This document shows positions 15,821 through 24,618 of a DNA stretch of 32,479 nucleotides, piece by piece; position 1 is the stretch's first letter; each line of letters starts with the position of its first letter. The translations under genes and the position numbers were made by a program. Under the pieces are notes generated by a model, which saw only the letters and a program-made list of their open reading frames with translations, did not search any database and was not told the DNA's origin. Source of the stretch: Actinomycetota bacterium. Lineage in GTDB: Bacteria; Actinomycetota; UBA4738. Location: the NCBI GenBank assembly GCA_035623615.1, contig DASPTB010000132.1, positions 1-32,479 on the forward strand, in the 5' to 3' direction.

Positions 15821-16960
15821 CTACCCGGTGGCCTCGATCACGCCGAACAGCCCGTGGCTCTCGTCCCCGGGTCCGGCGGTGAAGAACAGCTGGTTGGCGG
15901 CTCCAGACGGACCGCCGTTGGCAAACTCGATCGCCCACAGACCGGGGATCTTGATGATCCTTCCGCTGCGCCGGCGGAGCTTGCCGGCGTGCTTCCACGA
16001 TCCGCCCGACCACGAGTAGGCGTTGATCACTCCGTTGCCGAAGTTGCCGACCAGGAGGTCGTTGCTGAAGCGCCCAAAGTCGCTGGGAGCCATCGCGAGA
16101 CCCCAGGGCGCGTTCAGGACGCCGCGGCTCGCGACGCGGGCGACGAACATGCCGCTCGTGTCGTACTCGTCGACGAACCCGAGCGTGGCGCCGTCCGCTT
16201 CGTCGCCGGAGCCGGGGACCTGCTTGGCATACGTGACGAACACGTCGTCACCGATCGCCTGGATGCCGAACGGCGCGTAGCCCTTCGGCAGGTTCGGGTC
16301 GGTGAACCGACCGGGCGTCGTGATCTGGGTGAAGTTGCCATCGAAGACGTCCACGGTGCCGTTGTGGAAGTCGGTGGCATACAGGCGGTCGCCGCCCGGC
16401 GTCGACGCGATGGCGAGTCCTTTGAAGATCGCTCCCACGTCCGTCTTGTCGACGACCACGAACGCCTGCGTCGACGGCGCGGGCGGCGGGACGTTCGGGT
16501 TCCAGCCGAGGATCTGGCCGGCCTCGGTGTCGAACAGGAACAGCGACGGTCCCGAGTGCATCCCGTCGGTGACGGCGAAGTCGGAGCCACCATTGAAGAC
16601 GACGCCCGTCGGGTCCTCGGGCACGCTGACGACGAACGAACCTTTCGTCCCGTCGCTCCCGTAGATGGTGGACAGGCTCGTCCCGTTGTCGCCGACCCAC
16701 CAGGGTGTCTCCGGTCCCGCCGCAAGGCCCCACGCGTTCACGAGATCGGTGTCCTGATGCGCGGCCACCCCCGCTTTGTCCGATACGAGCCTCATGAGGC
16801 TGTACCCGGCCATCGCGGGGTGGAGGCCCGCGGGGCGCGCCGTGGACACCGGCCGCGTGTTGGCAGACGCCGGTGAGCCGGAGGCCCCGAACAACGCCGC
16901 CACGGTGGCGAGCGTCACCGCCCCGGCGAGCACGAACGATCTGAGCCGAAACCCAGTCAT
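15821..16960 (-). CDS. Secreted beta-propeller protein, TIGR03118-like
   Basis: ATG directly preceded by GGGAGGG. Sec signal ending ASA. Repeated strands of NAWGLA, ATDFHNGTVDVFD, NAPWGLAMAP and GLWAIEF type. Confidence 0.7.
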   Translation of the reverse strand: MTGFRLRSFVLAGAVTLATVAALFGASGSPASANTRPVSTARPAGLHPAMAGYSLMRLVSDKAGVAAHQDTDLVNAWGLAAGPETPWWVGDNGTSLSTIYGSDGTKGSFVVSVPEDPTGVVFNGGSDFAVTDGMHSGPSLFLFDTEAGQILGWNPNVPPPAPSTQAFVVVDKTDVGAIFKGLAIASTPGGDRLYATDFHNGTVDVFDGNFTQITTPGRFTDPNLPKGYAPFGIQAIGDDVFVTYAKQVPGSGDEADGATLGFVDEYDTSGMFVARVASRGVLNAPWGLAMAPSDFGRFSNDLLVGNFGNGVINAYSWSGGSWKHAGKLRRRSGRIIKIPGLWAIEFANGGPSGAANQLFFTAGPGDESHGLFGVIEATG

Positions 16961-17200
16961 GCACCCTCCCTTCGCCCTGGACCCCAGACCCGGGGTCTGC
17001 CTTCCCCGCGCCCAGCGCGCACTCACGAAGCCGCACTGCGGCCGGTGAGCGCAGGTACTACGGGCGACCCTGGGGAGGGGTTTGGGAAAGGGAGGTGAAC
17101 ACACCGAGTCGGGCGAGCAACTCCCGGACGGATGGCGGGCCCGGTTCTGGGTCGACGCGGAGGGTAGCGACGCGCGCGATCCGCGAGGTCGCCGGCGGGC

Positions 17201-18352
17201 TCAGCCCTGGAGCAGCGGCCTGCCCATGTGCCGGCGGTACTGCTCGTTGAACCAGAACAGGAACCGGTCCTGGCGCGGGTAGACACCCGTCGTGTACGCG
17301 CGAGAGCCGACGCCCGTTTGCGCCCGCGAGCAGACGCCCCAGTCCTGCTTGCTGATCAGGTCCCAGAACTCGACAACCGGCTCCGGCTTGAAGTTCGGGC
17401 TCTCGATCGTCTCCGGCCGGAAGAGATACTCGGACACGACCTGTGTGTGGCCGGGCCCCTTCGGGTAGGCAACGTAGTACATCGCTGCGTCCGGGTGCAG
17501 GTTCAGCATCAGGTTCGGGAACGAGAACATCCCGTAGTACATGCGGTAGTCGTCGGGGTCCAGGTCCGGGAACTTCGGCAGCTCGGACTGCCCGGTCATC
17601 GTGAAGCTCGTAGCGCCCTCGACCATCCCGTTGCCGTCGTCGGGAACCTGCTCGTCCCACACCTCACCGAACCGGTACAAGGGAACGACCTTGACCAGCT
17701 CGGGGTGGATGGTCGGGCAGTGCAGACACTCGTTGAAGTTCTCGACGATGATCTTCCAGTTGGCGGCCACCTCGTAGACGATGCGCACCCCGACCCGCAG
17801 CTCGTCCATCTTGTAGCGGCCGAACGCCGTGATGGTCTCCGCTCCGTCGTTGAGCGCTTCGAGCAACGGCCGGGGCTCGGCCGACATATTGACGAACAGG
17901 AAGCCGGCATAGTCCTCGACGGCGATCCCGTGCAGCGGGAACTGCGACCGCTCGAAGTGCTCGTCCTCCTGCACGTTCGGGGTCCCGATGAGGCAGCCGT
18001 TCAGATCGTACGTCCACGCGTGGTACGGGCACCGGAAAGCCTTGCGTACGTTTCCCATGCCGTCGTCGAGGAACTTCGTTCCCCGGTGGCTGCAGACGTT
18101 GTAGAAGGCGTGGATCTCGCCTTCCTCGTTGCGGGTCAGGAAGATCGACTCGCCCGCCACGTCCTTGACGACGTAATCGCCCCGGTTTGGGATCTCCTCG
18201 GCACGTCCCACGCAGATCCAGTCCCCGAACCAGACGCGTTGGCGCTCGTCCTCGTAGACTTCGTCGCTCACGTAGTCCGTCCCCGACAGCGTCGGCTGCG
18301 GGGTCCAATTGGGCGCGCGGTTGCGCAGGTCGGCGACGTCTTCCTTCTGCAT
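17201..18352 (-). CDS. Rieske [2Fe-2S] non-haem-iron oxygenase, alpha (catalytic) subunit
   Basis: 383 aa from the ATG of MQKEDV. Rieske motif CSHRG...CPYHAW. Mononuclear-iron motif ENFNECLHCPTIHP. Confidence 0.85.
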   Translation of the reverse strand: MQKEDVADLRNRAPNWTPQPTLSGTDYVSDEVYEDERQRVWFGDWICVGRAEEIPNRGDYVVKDVAGESIFLTRNEEGEIHAFYNVCSHRGTKFLDDGMGNVRKAFRCPYHAWTYDLNGCLIGTPNVQEDEHFERSQFPLHGIAVEDYAGFLFVNMSAEPRPLLEALNDGAETITAFGRYKMDELRVGVRIVYEVAANWKIIVENFNECLHCPTIHPELVKVVPLYRFGEVWDEQVPDDGNGMVEGATSFTMTGQSELPKFPDLDPDDYRMYYGMFSFPNLMLNLHPDAAMYYVAYPKGPGHTQVVSEYLFRPETIESPNFKPEPVVEFWDLISKQDWGVCSRAQTGVGSRAYTTGVYPRQDRFLFWFNEQYRRHMGRPLLQG

Positions 18353-18424
18353 GCGAAGCTCACTCTCCTGGGGACGGGGTCGCTTACAAGGATACCAGCG
18401 GGGTCTGGGGCGTAAGCTCCGGCC

Positions 18425-18733
18425 GTGCACCTCGACCCGACCGAGGAAGACCGGCTGCGGGTGTTTGCGGCCGCGGAGCTCGCACGCCGGTCGCTCGCCG
18501 ACGGCCTCGCGCTGAGCGCGCCGGAGGCCGCGGCGTTGGTGGCCGACGAGATGCACCGGGCAGCGCGACGCGGAGGCTCGCTCGACGACGTGATCGACGC
18601 GGGGCGGCGGGCGGTTCCACGCGAGCGCGTGATGGACGGCGTGCCCGCGATCGTCGGCGACGTGAAGGTCGAGGTGCTGCTCGGCGACGGCCGGCGGCTC
18701 GCGGTCGTCCGTCCCTGGGAGGGGACCCCGTGA
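18425..18733 (+). CDS. ureA: Urease gamma-subunit homologue
   Basis: 102 aa with a GTG start. HLDPTEEDRL..FAAAELARR and VMDGVPAIVGDVKVE parallel UreA. Confidence 0.8.
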   Translation: MHLDPTEEDRLRVFAAAELARRSLADGLALSAPEAAALVADEMHRAARRGGSLDDVIDAGRRAVPRERVMDGVPAIVGDVKVEVLLGDGRRLAVVRPWEGTP

Positions 18734-19020
18734 GCAACCCGTCGCCGCCGGGTGCGATCGTGACGGGACAGGGCTCGATCCGCACGGCGGAAGGCCTCAA
18801 GCGCCGGACGCTGACCGTGACCAGCACGTCCGCGCGTCCCATCCGCGTGTCGTCGCACTACCCGTTCTGGCGGGCGAATCGCCGGCTGGAATTCGACCGC
18901 GTCGCGGCGCGAGGGTTCCGGCTCGACATCCCCGCCGGCGACTCGCTGCGCTGGGGGCCGGGTGAGAGCCGCGAGGTGACGCTCGTCGCGCTCGCCGGTT
19001 CGGACCGCGACGATGGCTGA
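18730..19020 (+). CDS. ureB: Urease beta-subunit homologue
   Basis: 96 aa. GTGA overlap with ureA. RPIRVSSHYPF, FDR..A.GFRLDIPAG and REVTLVALAG parallel UreB. Confidence 0.8.
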   Translation: MSNPSPPGAIVTGQGSIRTAEGLKRRTLTVTSTSARPIRVSSHYPFWRANRRLEFDRVAARGFRLDIPAGDSLRWGPGESREVTLVALAGSDRDDG

Positions 19021-20704
19021 GCTCTCTCGCGAGGAGTACGCGGCGCGGTACGGCCCGACGACGGGCGACCGCGTCCGGCTCGCGAACACCGACCTGTGGA
19101 TCCGGGTGCGGGACGACCACGTCGGCTACGGCGACGAACCCCTGTGGGGCTACGCGAAGAACATCCGCTCGCGAATGACGCAGTTCGACCGCGCGACCGC
19201 CGACAGCGAGCTCGACGTCCTGATCGCCGGCGTCGTGTTGATCGACCCTCTGCTCGGGGTCGTGAAGACGAACATCGGCGTGAAGGACGGCCGGGTCGTA
19301 GGGATCGGGCGGGCGGGCAACCCCGACATCACCGCGGGCGTCGACATGACGATCGGGCCGAGCACGCTCCCGATCATGGGATACGGACTCATCGCAACAC
19401 CGGGTGCCGTCGACAGCCACGTCCACCTGATCACGCCGGCGCTCGTGCCGCCGGCTCTGTCCGCGGGCGTCACCACCCTGATCACCGCGGGCTTCGAGGA
19501 GCCGCCACGGCATATGACGCGTCTGTACCAGGCGTTCGAAGCACTGCCGGTGAACCTCGGGCTGCAGTCGAGCGCCCGTTCGGAGGAGGCTCCGGCCACC
19601 GAACGGCTGATCGAGGCCGGCTCGATCGGGCTGAAGATCCACGAGGACTGGGGGGCGTACCCCGAGATCGTCGACGCGACGCTGCGCGTCGCCGATCAGC
19701 ACGACGTGGCCGTCTGCCTGCACACGGACGGGCTCAACGAATCGTGCGAGCTCGACGAGACCGTGTCGGCGATCGCGGGGCGCGCCGTGCACGCGTACCA
19801 CGTCGAGGGAGTGGGCGGGGGCCATGTTCCGGACCTGATCGGGCTCGTTCGGGAACCGAACGTCGTGTGCTCGTCGACGACGCCGACGATCCCGTACGGG
19901 GCCGCGACCGCGGCCGAGCACCTGCAGATGATCCTGCTCGTGCACGGCGGGTCGTTCGACTCGCCCGCCGACGTCGAGGCCGCGCGCGAGCGCATCCACG
20001 AGCGCACGATGGCCGCCGAGGGCCCGCTCCACGAACTCGGCGCGATCGGGATCGTGAACTCCGACTCCCAGGGGATGGGCCGGATCGGCGAGACGGTGCG
20101 CCGGACGTTCCAGCTGGCGGACAGGATGAAGACATGGCGGGCGAGCCCCGCGGCAGCGGCCTGGCAGGAGGATGCCGGGGAGGACGACAACGACCGTGTC
20201 CTACGCTACCTGGCCAAGGTCACTGCCGAGCCGGCGCGCGTCCACGGGATCGAGGACGAGGTGGGGAGCCTGGCACCCGGGCGGCTCGCCGATGTCGTGC
20301 TGTGGCGCTCCACCTCGTTCGGCGTCCGGCCCGAGCTCGTCCTGAAGGCGGGCTACCCGGTCTGGGGAGCGCTCGGCGAAGGCAACGCGAGCGTCGAAGG
20401 CGCCGAGCCGGTGCGCTACCGCCCGCACTGGGGAGCACTCGGCCACGCGGCCGCGTCCCTCGCGACCACCTTCGTTTCACGCGCCGCGGAGGAAGCGGGG
20501 TTCGCGGAGCGGCTCGGCACGCGGCGGCGCGTGGTCGCCGTTCACGGGACGCGCACGGTTCGGCGCGACGCGCTCGTCGCGAACACCGCCACCGCCGACG
20601 TGGAGGTCGATCCCGCGGACGGAACCGTGCGGCTCGACGGGCACATCCTGGCATCCGAGCCGGCGACGGAGCTTCCGCTGAACCGGACCTACCTGCTGGG
20701 TTGA
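19013..20704 (+). CDS. ureC: Urease alpha-subunit homologue (divergent)
   Basis: 563 aa with an 8-nt overlap with ureB. YGPTTGDRVRLANTDLWI, VDSHVH, GLKIHEDWG, CLHTDGLNES, HAYHVEGVGGGHVPD, SSTTPT and NSDSQGMGR. Confidence 0.85.
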   Translation: MAELSREEYAARYGPTTGDRVRLANTDLWIRVRDDHVGYGDEPLWGYAKNIRSRMTQFDRATADSELDVLIAGVVLIDPLLGVVKTNIGVKDGRVVGIGRAGNPDITAGVDMTIGPSTLPIMGYGLIATPGAVDSHVHLITPALVPPALSAGVTTLITAGFEEPPRHMTRLYQAFEALPVNLGLQSSARSEEAPATERLIEAGSIGLKIHEDWGAYPEIVDATLRVADQHDVAVCLHTDGLNESCELDETVSAIAGRAVHAYHVEGVGGGHVPDLIGLVREPNVVCSSTTPTIPYGAATAAEHLQMILLVHGGSFDSPADVEAARERIHERTMAAEGPLHELGAIGIVNSDSQGMGRIGETVRRTFQLADRMKTWRASPAAAAWQEDAGEDDNDRVLRYLAKVTAEPARVHGIEDEVGSLAPGRLADVVLWRSTSFGVRPELVLKAGYPVWGALGEGNASVEGAEPVRYRPHWGALGHAAASLATTFVSRAAEEAGFAERLGTRRRVVAVHGTRTVRRDALVANTATADVEVDPADGTVRLDGHILASEPATELPLNRTYLLG

Positions 20705-20729
20705 ACCACCGACGGAAAGGGGGCGGCGC

Positions 20730-21512
20730 ATGTTCGACCTGAAGGGGAAGGTTGCGGTCGTCACGGGCGGCGGGTCGGGGATCGGCCGCGCGACCGTCCG
20801 CCGGCTCGCGTCCGCGGGCGCTCGCGTGCTCGTCGCCGACCTGACGGACGAGACCGCGCTCGCGACGGAGGTCGACGGCGCCTCTGTCAGGACCGACGTC
20901 ACGAACGAGGACGAGGTCGCCACCGTGATGGCGTCCGCGGCCCGGGTGTACGGGGGACTCGACGTCGTCGTGAGTTGTGCGGGGATCGCCGAGGGGACCG
21001 AACCCGTCGTCGACGAGGACGACGATCTGTACGTGAAGCAGTTCAGGGTGAACACCCTCGGGGTGGTGCACTCGATCAAGCACGGCGCCCGGAACATGGC
21101 GGGGGGTGGGTCGATCGTGAACGTCGCGTCGATCACCGCGACGATGGCGTTGCCGCGCAGCGGCCCCTACGCGGTGTCGAAGTGGGGCGTGGTCGGCGCG
21201 ACGCGGCAGGCGGCGGTCGAGCTCGGCGGCCGAGGTATCCGCGTCAACTGCATCTGCCCGTCGGTCGTCGACACGCCGATGATCCGCGGCGACGACAGCG
21301 CGGCGGTCCGCGGCCTGGTGGCGTTCCAGCGGTCGGTTCCCATTCCCCGGATGCTGCGGCCGGAGGAGATCGCCGGCGTCGTGCACTTCCTCGCGAGCGA
21401 CGAGAGCGGGCTCATCACCGGGCAGGTCATCAACGTCGACGGCGGCTGGAGCGTCGGGCCGTCGATCGAGCACTTCGACTGGCTCGCGGCCGGGCGCCCG
21501 CCGACGCCATAG
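20730..21512 (+). CDS. Short-chain dehydrogenase/reductase (SDR)
   Basis: 260 aa, 25 nt after ureC with AAAGGGGG upstream. VTGGGSGIG and catalytic YAVSK. Confidence 0.85.
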   Translation: MFDLKGKVAVVTGGGSGIGRATVRRLASAGARVLVADLTDETALATEVDGASVRTDVTNEDEVATVMASAARVYGGLDVVVSCAGIAEGTEPVVDEDDDLYVKQFRVNTLGVVHSIKHGARNMAGGGSIVNVASITATMALPRSGPYAVSKWGVVGATRQAAVELGGRGIRVNCICPSVVDTPMIRGDDSAAVRGLVAFQRSVPIPRMLRPEEIAGVVHFLASDESGLITGQVINVDGGWSVGPSIEHFDWLAAGRPPTP

Positions 21513-21521
21513 GTCCCGGGT

Positions 21522-22622
21522 TCAAGCCGAGGCGGAGGACCCTCCGACCCGAACGGCCGCCCGCTCGGGTGACGCTCGCACCTCGTCCGTGAAATGGCAC
21601 GCGACGGCGTGCCCGCGGGCGACGGACGCGAGCGGCGGCGGCTCCGCCTCGCACCGCTCCGGGTTGCCGAGCTTCTGGCGGAGCCAGCACCGCGTGTGGA
21701 ATCGGCAGCCGGGCGGCGGCGCGGCCGGGCTGGGCGGGTCGCCCGTCAGCACGATGTGCGTCCGGCGAGCCTCGATCTCGGGGTCGGGGCGCGGGATGGC
21801 CGACAACAACGCGATCGTGTACGGGTGCAAGGGGTCGTCGTGCAGGACGTCGGTCGGCGCCGACTCGACGACCTGGCCCATGTACAGAACGGCGATGCGA
21901 TCGCTGATGTGGCGCACGACCGCCAGATCGTGTGCGATGAACAGGTACGTCAGGTCGAACTCGCGCTGGAGCCGCTGCAGCAGATTGATGATCTGCGCCT
22001 GGATCGAAACGTCGAGGGCGCTGACGGCTTCGTCGGCGACCACCAGGGACGGGCGCAGCGCCAGCGCGCGGGCCAAGCCCACGCGCTGGCGCTGCCCGCC
22101 GCTCAGCTCGTGCGGGTAGCGCGTGGCCATGCGGGCGGGAAGGCCGACGGTGCCGAGCAGCTCCTCGACGCGGGCGCGCCGCTCGGTCTTCTTTCCCAGC
22201 CGGTGGACTTTGAGCGGCTCGTCGATGCACTTGCCGACGCTCATCCTCGGGTCGAGCGAGCTGTACGGATCCTGGAACACCATCTGCAGGCGGGCAGTCA
22301 CCTGCTTCGCACCGGCGCCCTTCAGTGAGGCGAGATCGGTTCCCTCGAACACCACGCGGCCGGACGTCGGCGCATACAGGCGCACGATGGCCCGTCCGAT
22401 CGTCGTCTTCCCGCTTCCCGACTCGCCGACGAGCCCCACCGTCTCTCCGCGGCGAATGTCGAGCGTCACCCCGTCGACCGCGCGCACCGTTCCGATGGTC
22501 TTTCGGAACACCACCCCCCGCGTGATCGGGAAGTGGACGCGCAGGTCCTGCACCTCGAGGAGCGCGCCGTCGGTCGTCGGAGTGATTCCCCCATCGCCGC
22601 CCCGCTCCCCGGCGTCGCTCAC
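21522..22622 (-). CDS. Oligopeptide/dipeptide-type ABC transporter ATP-binding protein (OppF/DppF-like)
   Basis: Walker A GESGSGKTT, signature LSGGQRQR, Walker B LVVADEAVSALD and the C-terminal oligopeptide-type extension HPYT..CRFHTRC. Confidence 0.88.
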   Translation of the reverse strand: MSDAGERGGDGGITPTTDGALLEVQDLRVHFPITRGVVFRKTIGTVRAVDGVTLDIRRGETVGLVGESGSGKTTIGRAIVRLYAPTSGRVVFEGTDLASLKGAGAKQVTARLQMVFQDPYSSLDPRMSVGKCIDEPLKVHRLGKKTERRARVEELLGTVGLPARMATRYPHELSGGQRQRVGLARALALRPSLVVADEAVSALDVSIQAQIINLLQRLQREFDLTYLFIAHDLAVVRHISDRIAVLYMGQVVESAPTDVLHDDPLHPYTIALLSAIPRPDPEIEARRTHIVLTGDPPSPAAPPPGCRFHTRCWLRQKLGNPERCEAEPPPLASVARGHAVACHFTDEVRASPERAAVRVGGSSASA

Positions 22623-23713
22623 GCGGGCCCCTCCGGCGATGCGGTCGCGGCAGCCGCGGGAGGAGGCGCGGGAACGAACCCGGGCCGCAGCGGCGCCGCC
22701 CCACGCACCTCTTCAGCCGTCACGGGGTTGTGGCACGCAGCCTCGTGCTCGAGGCCGGACCCGTCCGCCGTCCCTTCCCCGATCGGCCGCAGCGGCGGCA
22801 TCTCGGTCCAGCACGACGACACCCGCCACGCGCACCGCGGCGCGAAGGGACAGCCCACGGGCGGCTCCTCCAGGTCGGGCGGCGCGCCCTCGATCGGCCG
22901 GAGCGCCTTCCCGCGGTCGTCGATGGCGGGAACCGAGTTCAGGAGCCCGACCGTGTACGGATGGCGCGGGTTGGCGAACAGCTCCACCGTTGAGGCCGTC
23001 TCCATCACGAAGCCCGCGTACATGACGGCGATGCGCCGGGCGACTCTCGCCATGATCCCGAGGTCGTGGCTGATCAACAGCAGCGCCGTCCCGAGATCGC
23101 GCGTCAGGCCGACGAGCAGCTCGAGCACCTGCGCCTGGATCGTCACGTCGAGCGCCGTCGTCGGCTCGTCGGCGATGAGCAGTCGCGGATGCAACGCCAG
23201 CGCCATCGCGATCATCACCCGCTGCCGCATCCCGCCGCTGAACTGGTGGGGGAAGCGAACGAGCTGGTCCTCCGCGTTCGGGATGCCGACCTGCCGGAGC
23301 AGGTCCGCCGCGCGGGCCCGGGCGTCGGCCTTTCCCACCTGCTCGTGGGCCCGAAGGATCTCGGTCACCTGTTCGCCGATCGTGATGACCGGGTTGAGGC
23401 TCGACATCGGATCCTGGAAGACCATCGAGATGTCCTTGCCGCGCAGCCGGCGCAAGTCGCGCTCGGGGCTGCCGATCAGGTCGGTGCCGTCGAACAGGAT
23501 CTGCCCGGACGCGACGCGGCCTGCCGGCGCCGGGAGAAGGCCCATCACGGCGAGGCTCGTCACGCTCTTGCCCGACCCCGACTCGCCGACGAGACCGACG
23601 GTCTCGCCCGCGCCGACGTCGAGGCTCACGCCGTTCACCGCGTGCACCTCGCCCTGCGGCGTGTCGAAGCGCACGACCAGGTCGCGCACCGACAAGAGCG
23701 CTTCGCCGGTCAC
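22619..23713 (-). CDS. Oligopeptide/dipeptide-type ABC transporter ATP-binding protein (OppD/DppD-like)
   Basis: GTG start overlaps the permease stop (GTGA, 23710-23713). GESGSGKSV, FSGGMRQRV, LLIADEPTTALD and HPYT..CPFAPRC. Confidence 0.88.
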   Translation of the reverse strand: MTGEALLSVRDLVVRFDTPQGEVHAVNGVSLDVGAGETVGLVGESGSGKSVTSLAVMGLLPAPAGRVASGQILFDGTDLIGSPERDLRRLRGKDISMVFQDPMSSLNPVITIGEQVTEILRAHEQVGKADARARAADLLRQVGIPNAEDQLVRFPHQFSGGMRQRVMIAMALALHPRLLIADEPTTALDVTIQAQVLELLVGLTRDLGTALLLISHDLGIMARVARRIAVMYAGFVMETASTVELFANPRHPYTVGLLNSVPAIDDRGKALRPIEGAPPDLEEPPVGCPFAPRCAWRVSSCWTEMPPLRPIGEGTADGSGLEHEAACHNPVTAEEVRGAAPLRPGFVPAPPPAAAATASPEGPA

Positions 23714-24618
23714 ACGCGCCCTCCCCGCAGCACCCCGCGCAGGCGCGGGTCGATCCAGTCGCGCAGCCCGTCGCCCAGCAGGTTGAACCCGAGCACCGTG
23801 AAGGTGAGCGTCAGCCCGGGGAACGTCAGGAACCACCACGCGGTCTGGAGGTAGTCCTGGGCTCCTGCCATCATCGTCCCCCACTCGGGTGTGGGCGGCT
23901 GGGCGCCGAGGCCGAGGAAGCTGAGCGCAGAGATCGACAGGATGGCGTTGCCGGCGTCCGCCGACATCTGGATCGCCACGATCGGCAAGACGTTGCGCAC
24001 CATGTGGCGAACGACGATCCCCCCGGTGCTCGATCCGGAGACGCGGGCGGCGAGCACGAACTCCCGTTCGCGAAGCGTCAGCACCTGGCTTCGCGCCAGA
24101 CGTGCGTACCACGGCCAGTACACGATCGCGACCGCGAGGATCGTGTGCTCGAGGCTCGGTCCGAGCGTCGCCGCGATGGCGGCGGCGAGCACGAACGCGG
24201 GGAACGCGAAGAACAGGTCGGTGAATCGCATGAGCACCTCGTCGACCCAACCGCCGACCATGCCGGCGAGGATTCCGAGCGCGCAGCCGAACGGCGCCGC
24301 GAGCAGGACGATAAGGGCGGCCGACGCGAGCGAGATGCGCGCGCCGGCGACGATGCGCGCGAGGAGGTCGCGACCCACGTTGTCGGTCCCCAGCCAGTGC
24401 GACGCCGACGGTCCCTGCAGGATCGCGCTGAAGTCGGCAGCGTTCGCCTTGTTCCCGAGGAGCAAGGGTCCCACGAGCGCCATGAGAACGACGATCGTCA
24501 CGATGGCGACCGCGAGCGCGTTCAGCCACGAGGCTCGCACGAACGCCCACACGCCGCGCCACCCGGACGCGGCCTTCGGCGGGGCGGCTGCGGCGCTGAC
24601 GACCGCTTCTTCCATCAT
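23710..24618 (-). CDS. ABC transporter permease (DppC/OppC-like)
   Basis: 302 aa, hydrophobic. HWLGTDNVGRDLLARI is a typical N-terminal string. Confidence 0.85.
   Translation of the reverse strand: MMEEAVVSAAAAPPKAASGWRGVWAFVRASWLNALAVAIVTIVVLMALVGPLLLGNKANAADFSAILQGPSASHWLGTDNVGRDLLARIVAGARISLASAALIVLLAAPFGCALGILAGMVGGWVDEVLMRFTDLFFAFPAFVLAAAIAATLGPSLEHTILAVAIVYWPWYARLARSQVLTLREREFVLAARVSGSSTGGIVVRHMVRNVLPIVAIQMSADAGNAILSISALSFLGLGAQPPTPEWGTMMAGAQDYLQTAWWFLTFPGLTLTFTVLGFNLLGDGLRDWIDPRLRGVLRGGRV

Noticed and set aside
17124-17165. CCGGACGGATGG...CCCGGTTCTGG... string superficially like a guanidine-III (ykkC-III) riboswitch
   Set aside because: The resemblance is loose and from memory only. 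It lies on the plus strand with no downstream plus-strand gene, since both flanking genes are on the minus strand. I also saw no guanidine-I-like CTAGGGTTCCG box in any intergenic region.
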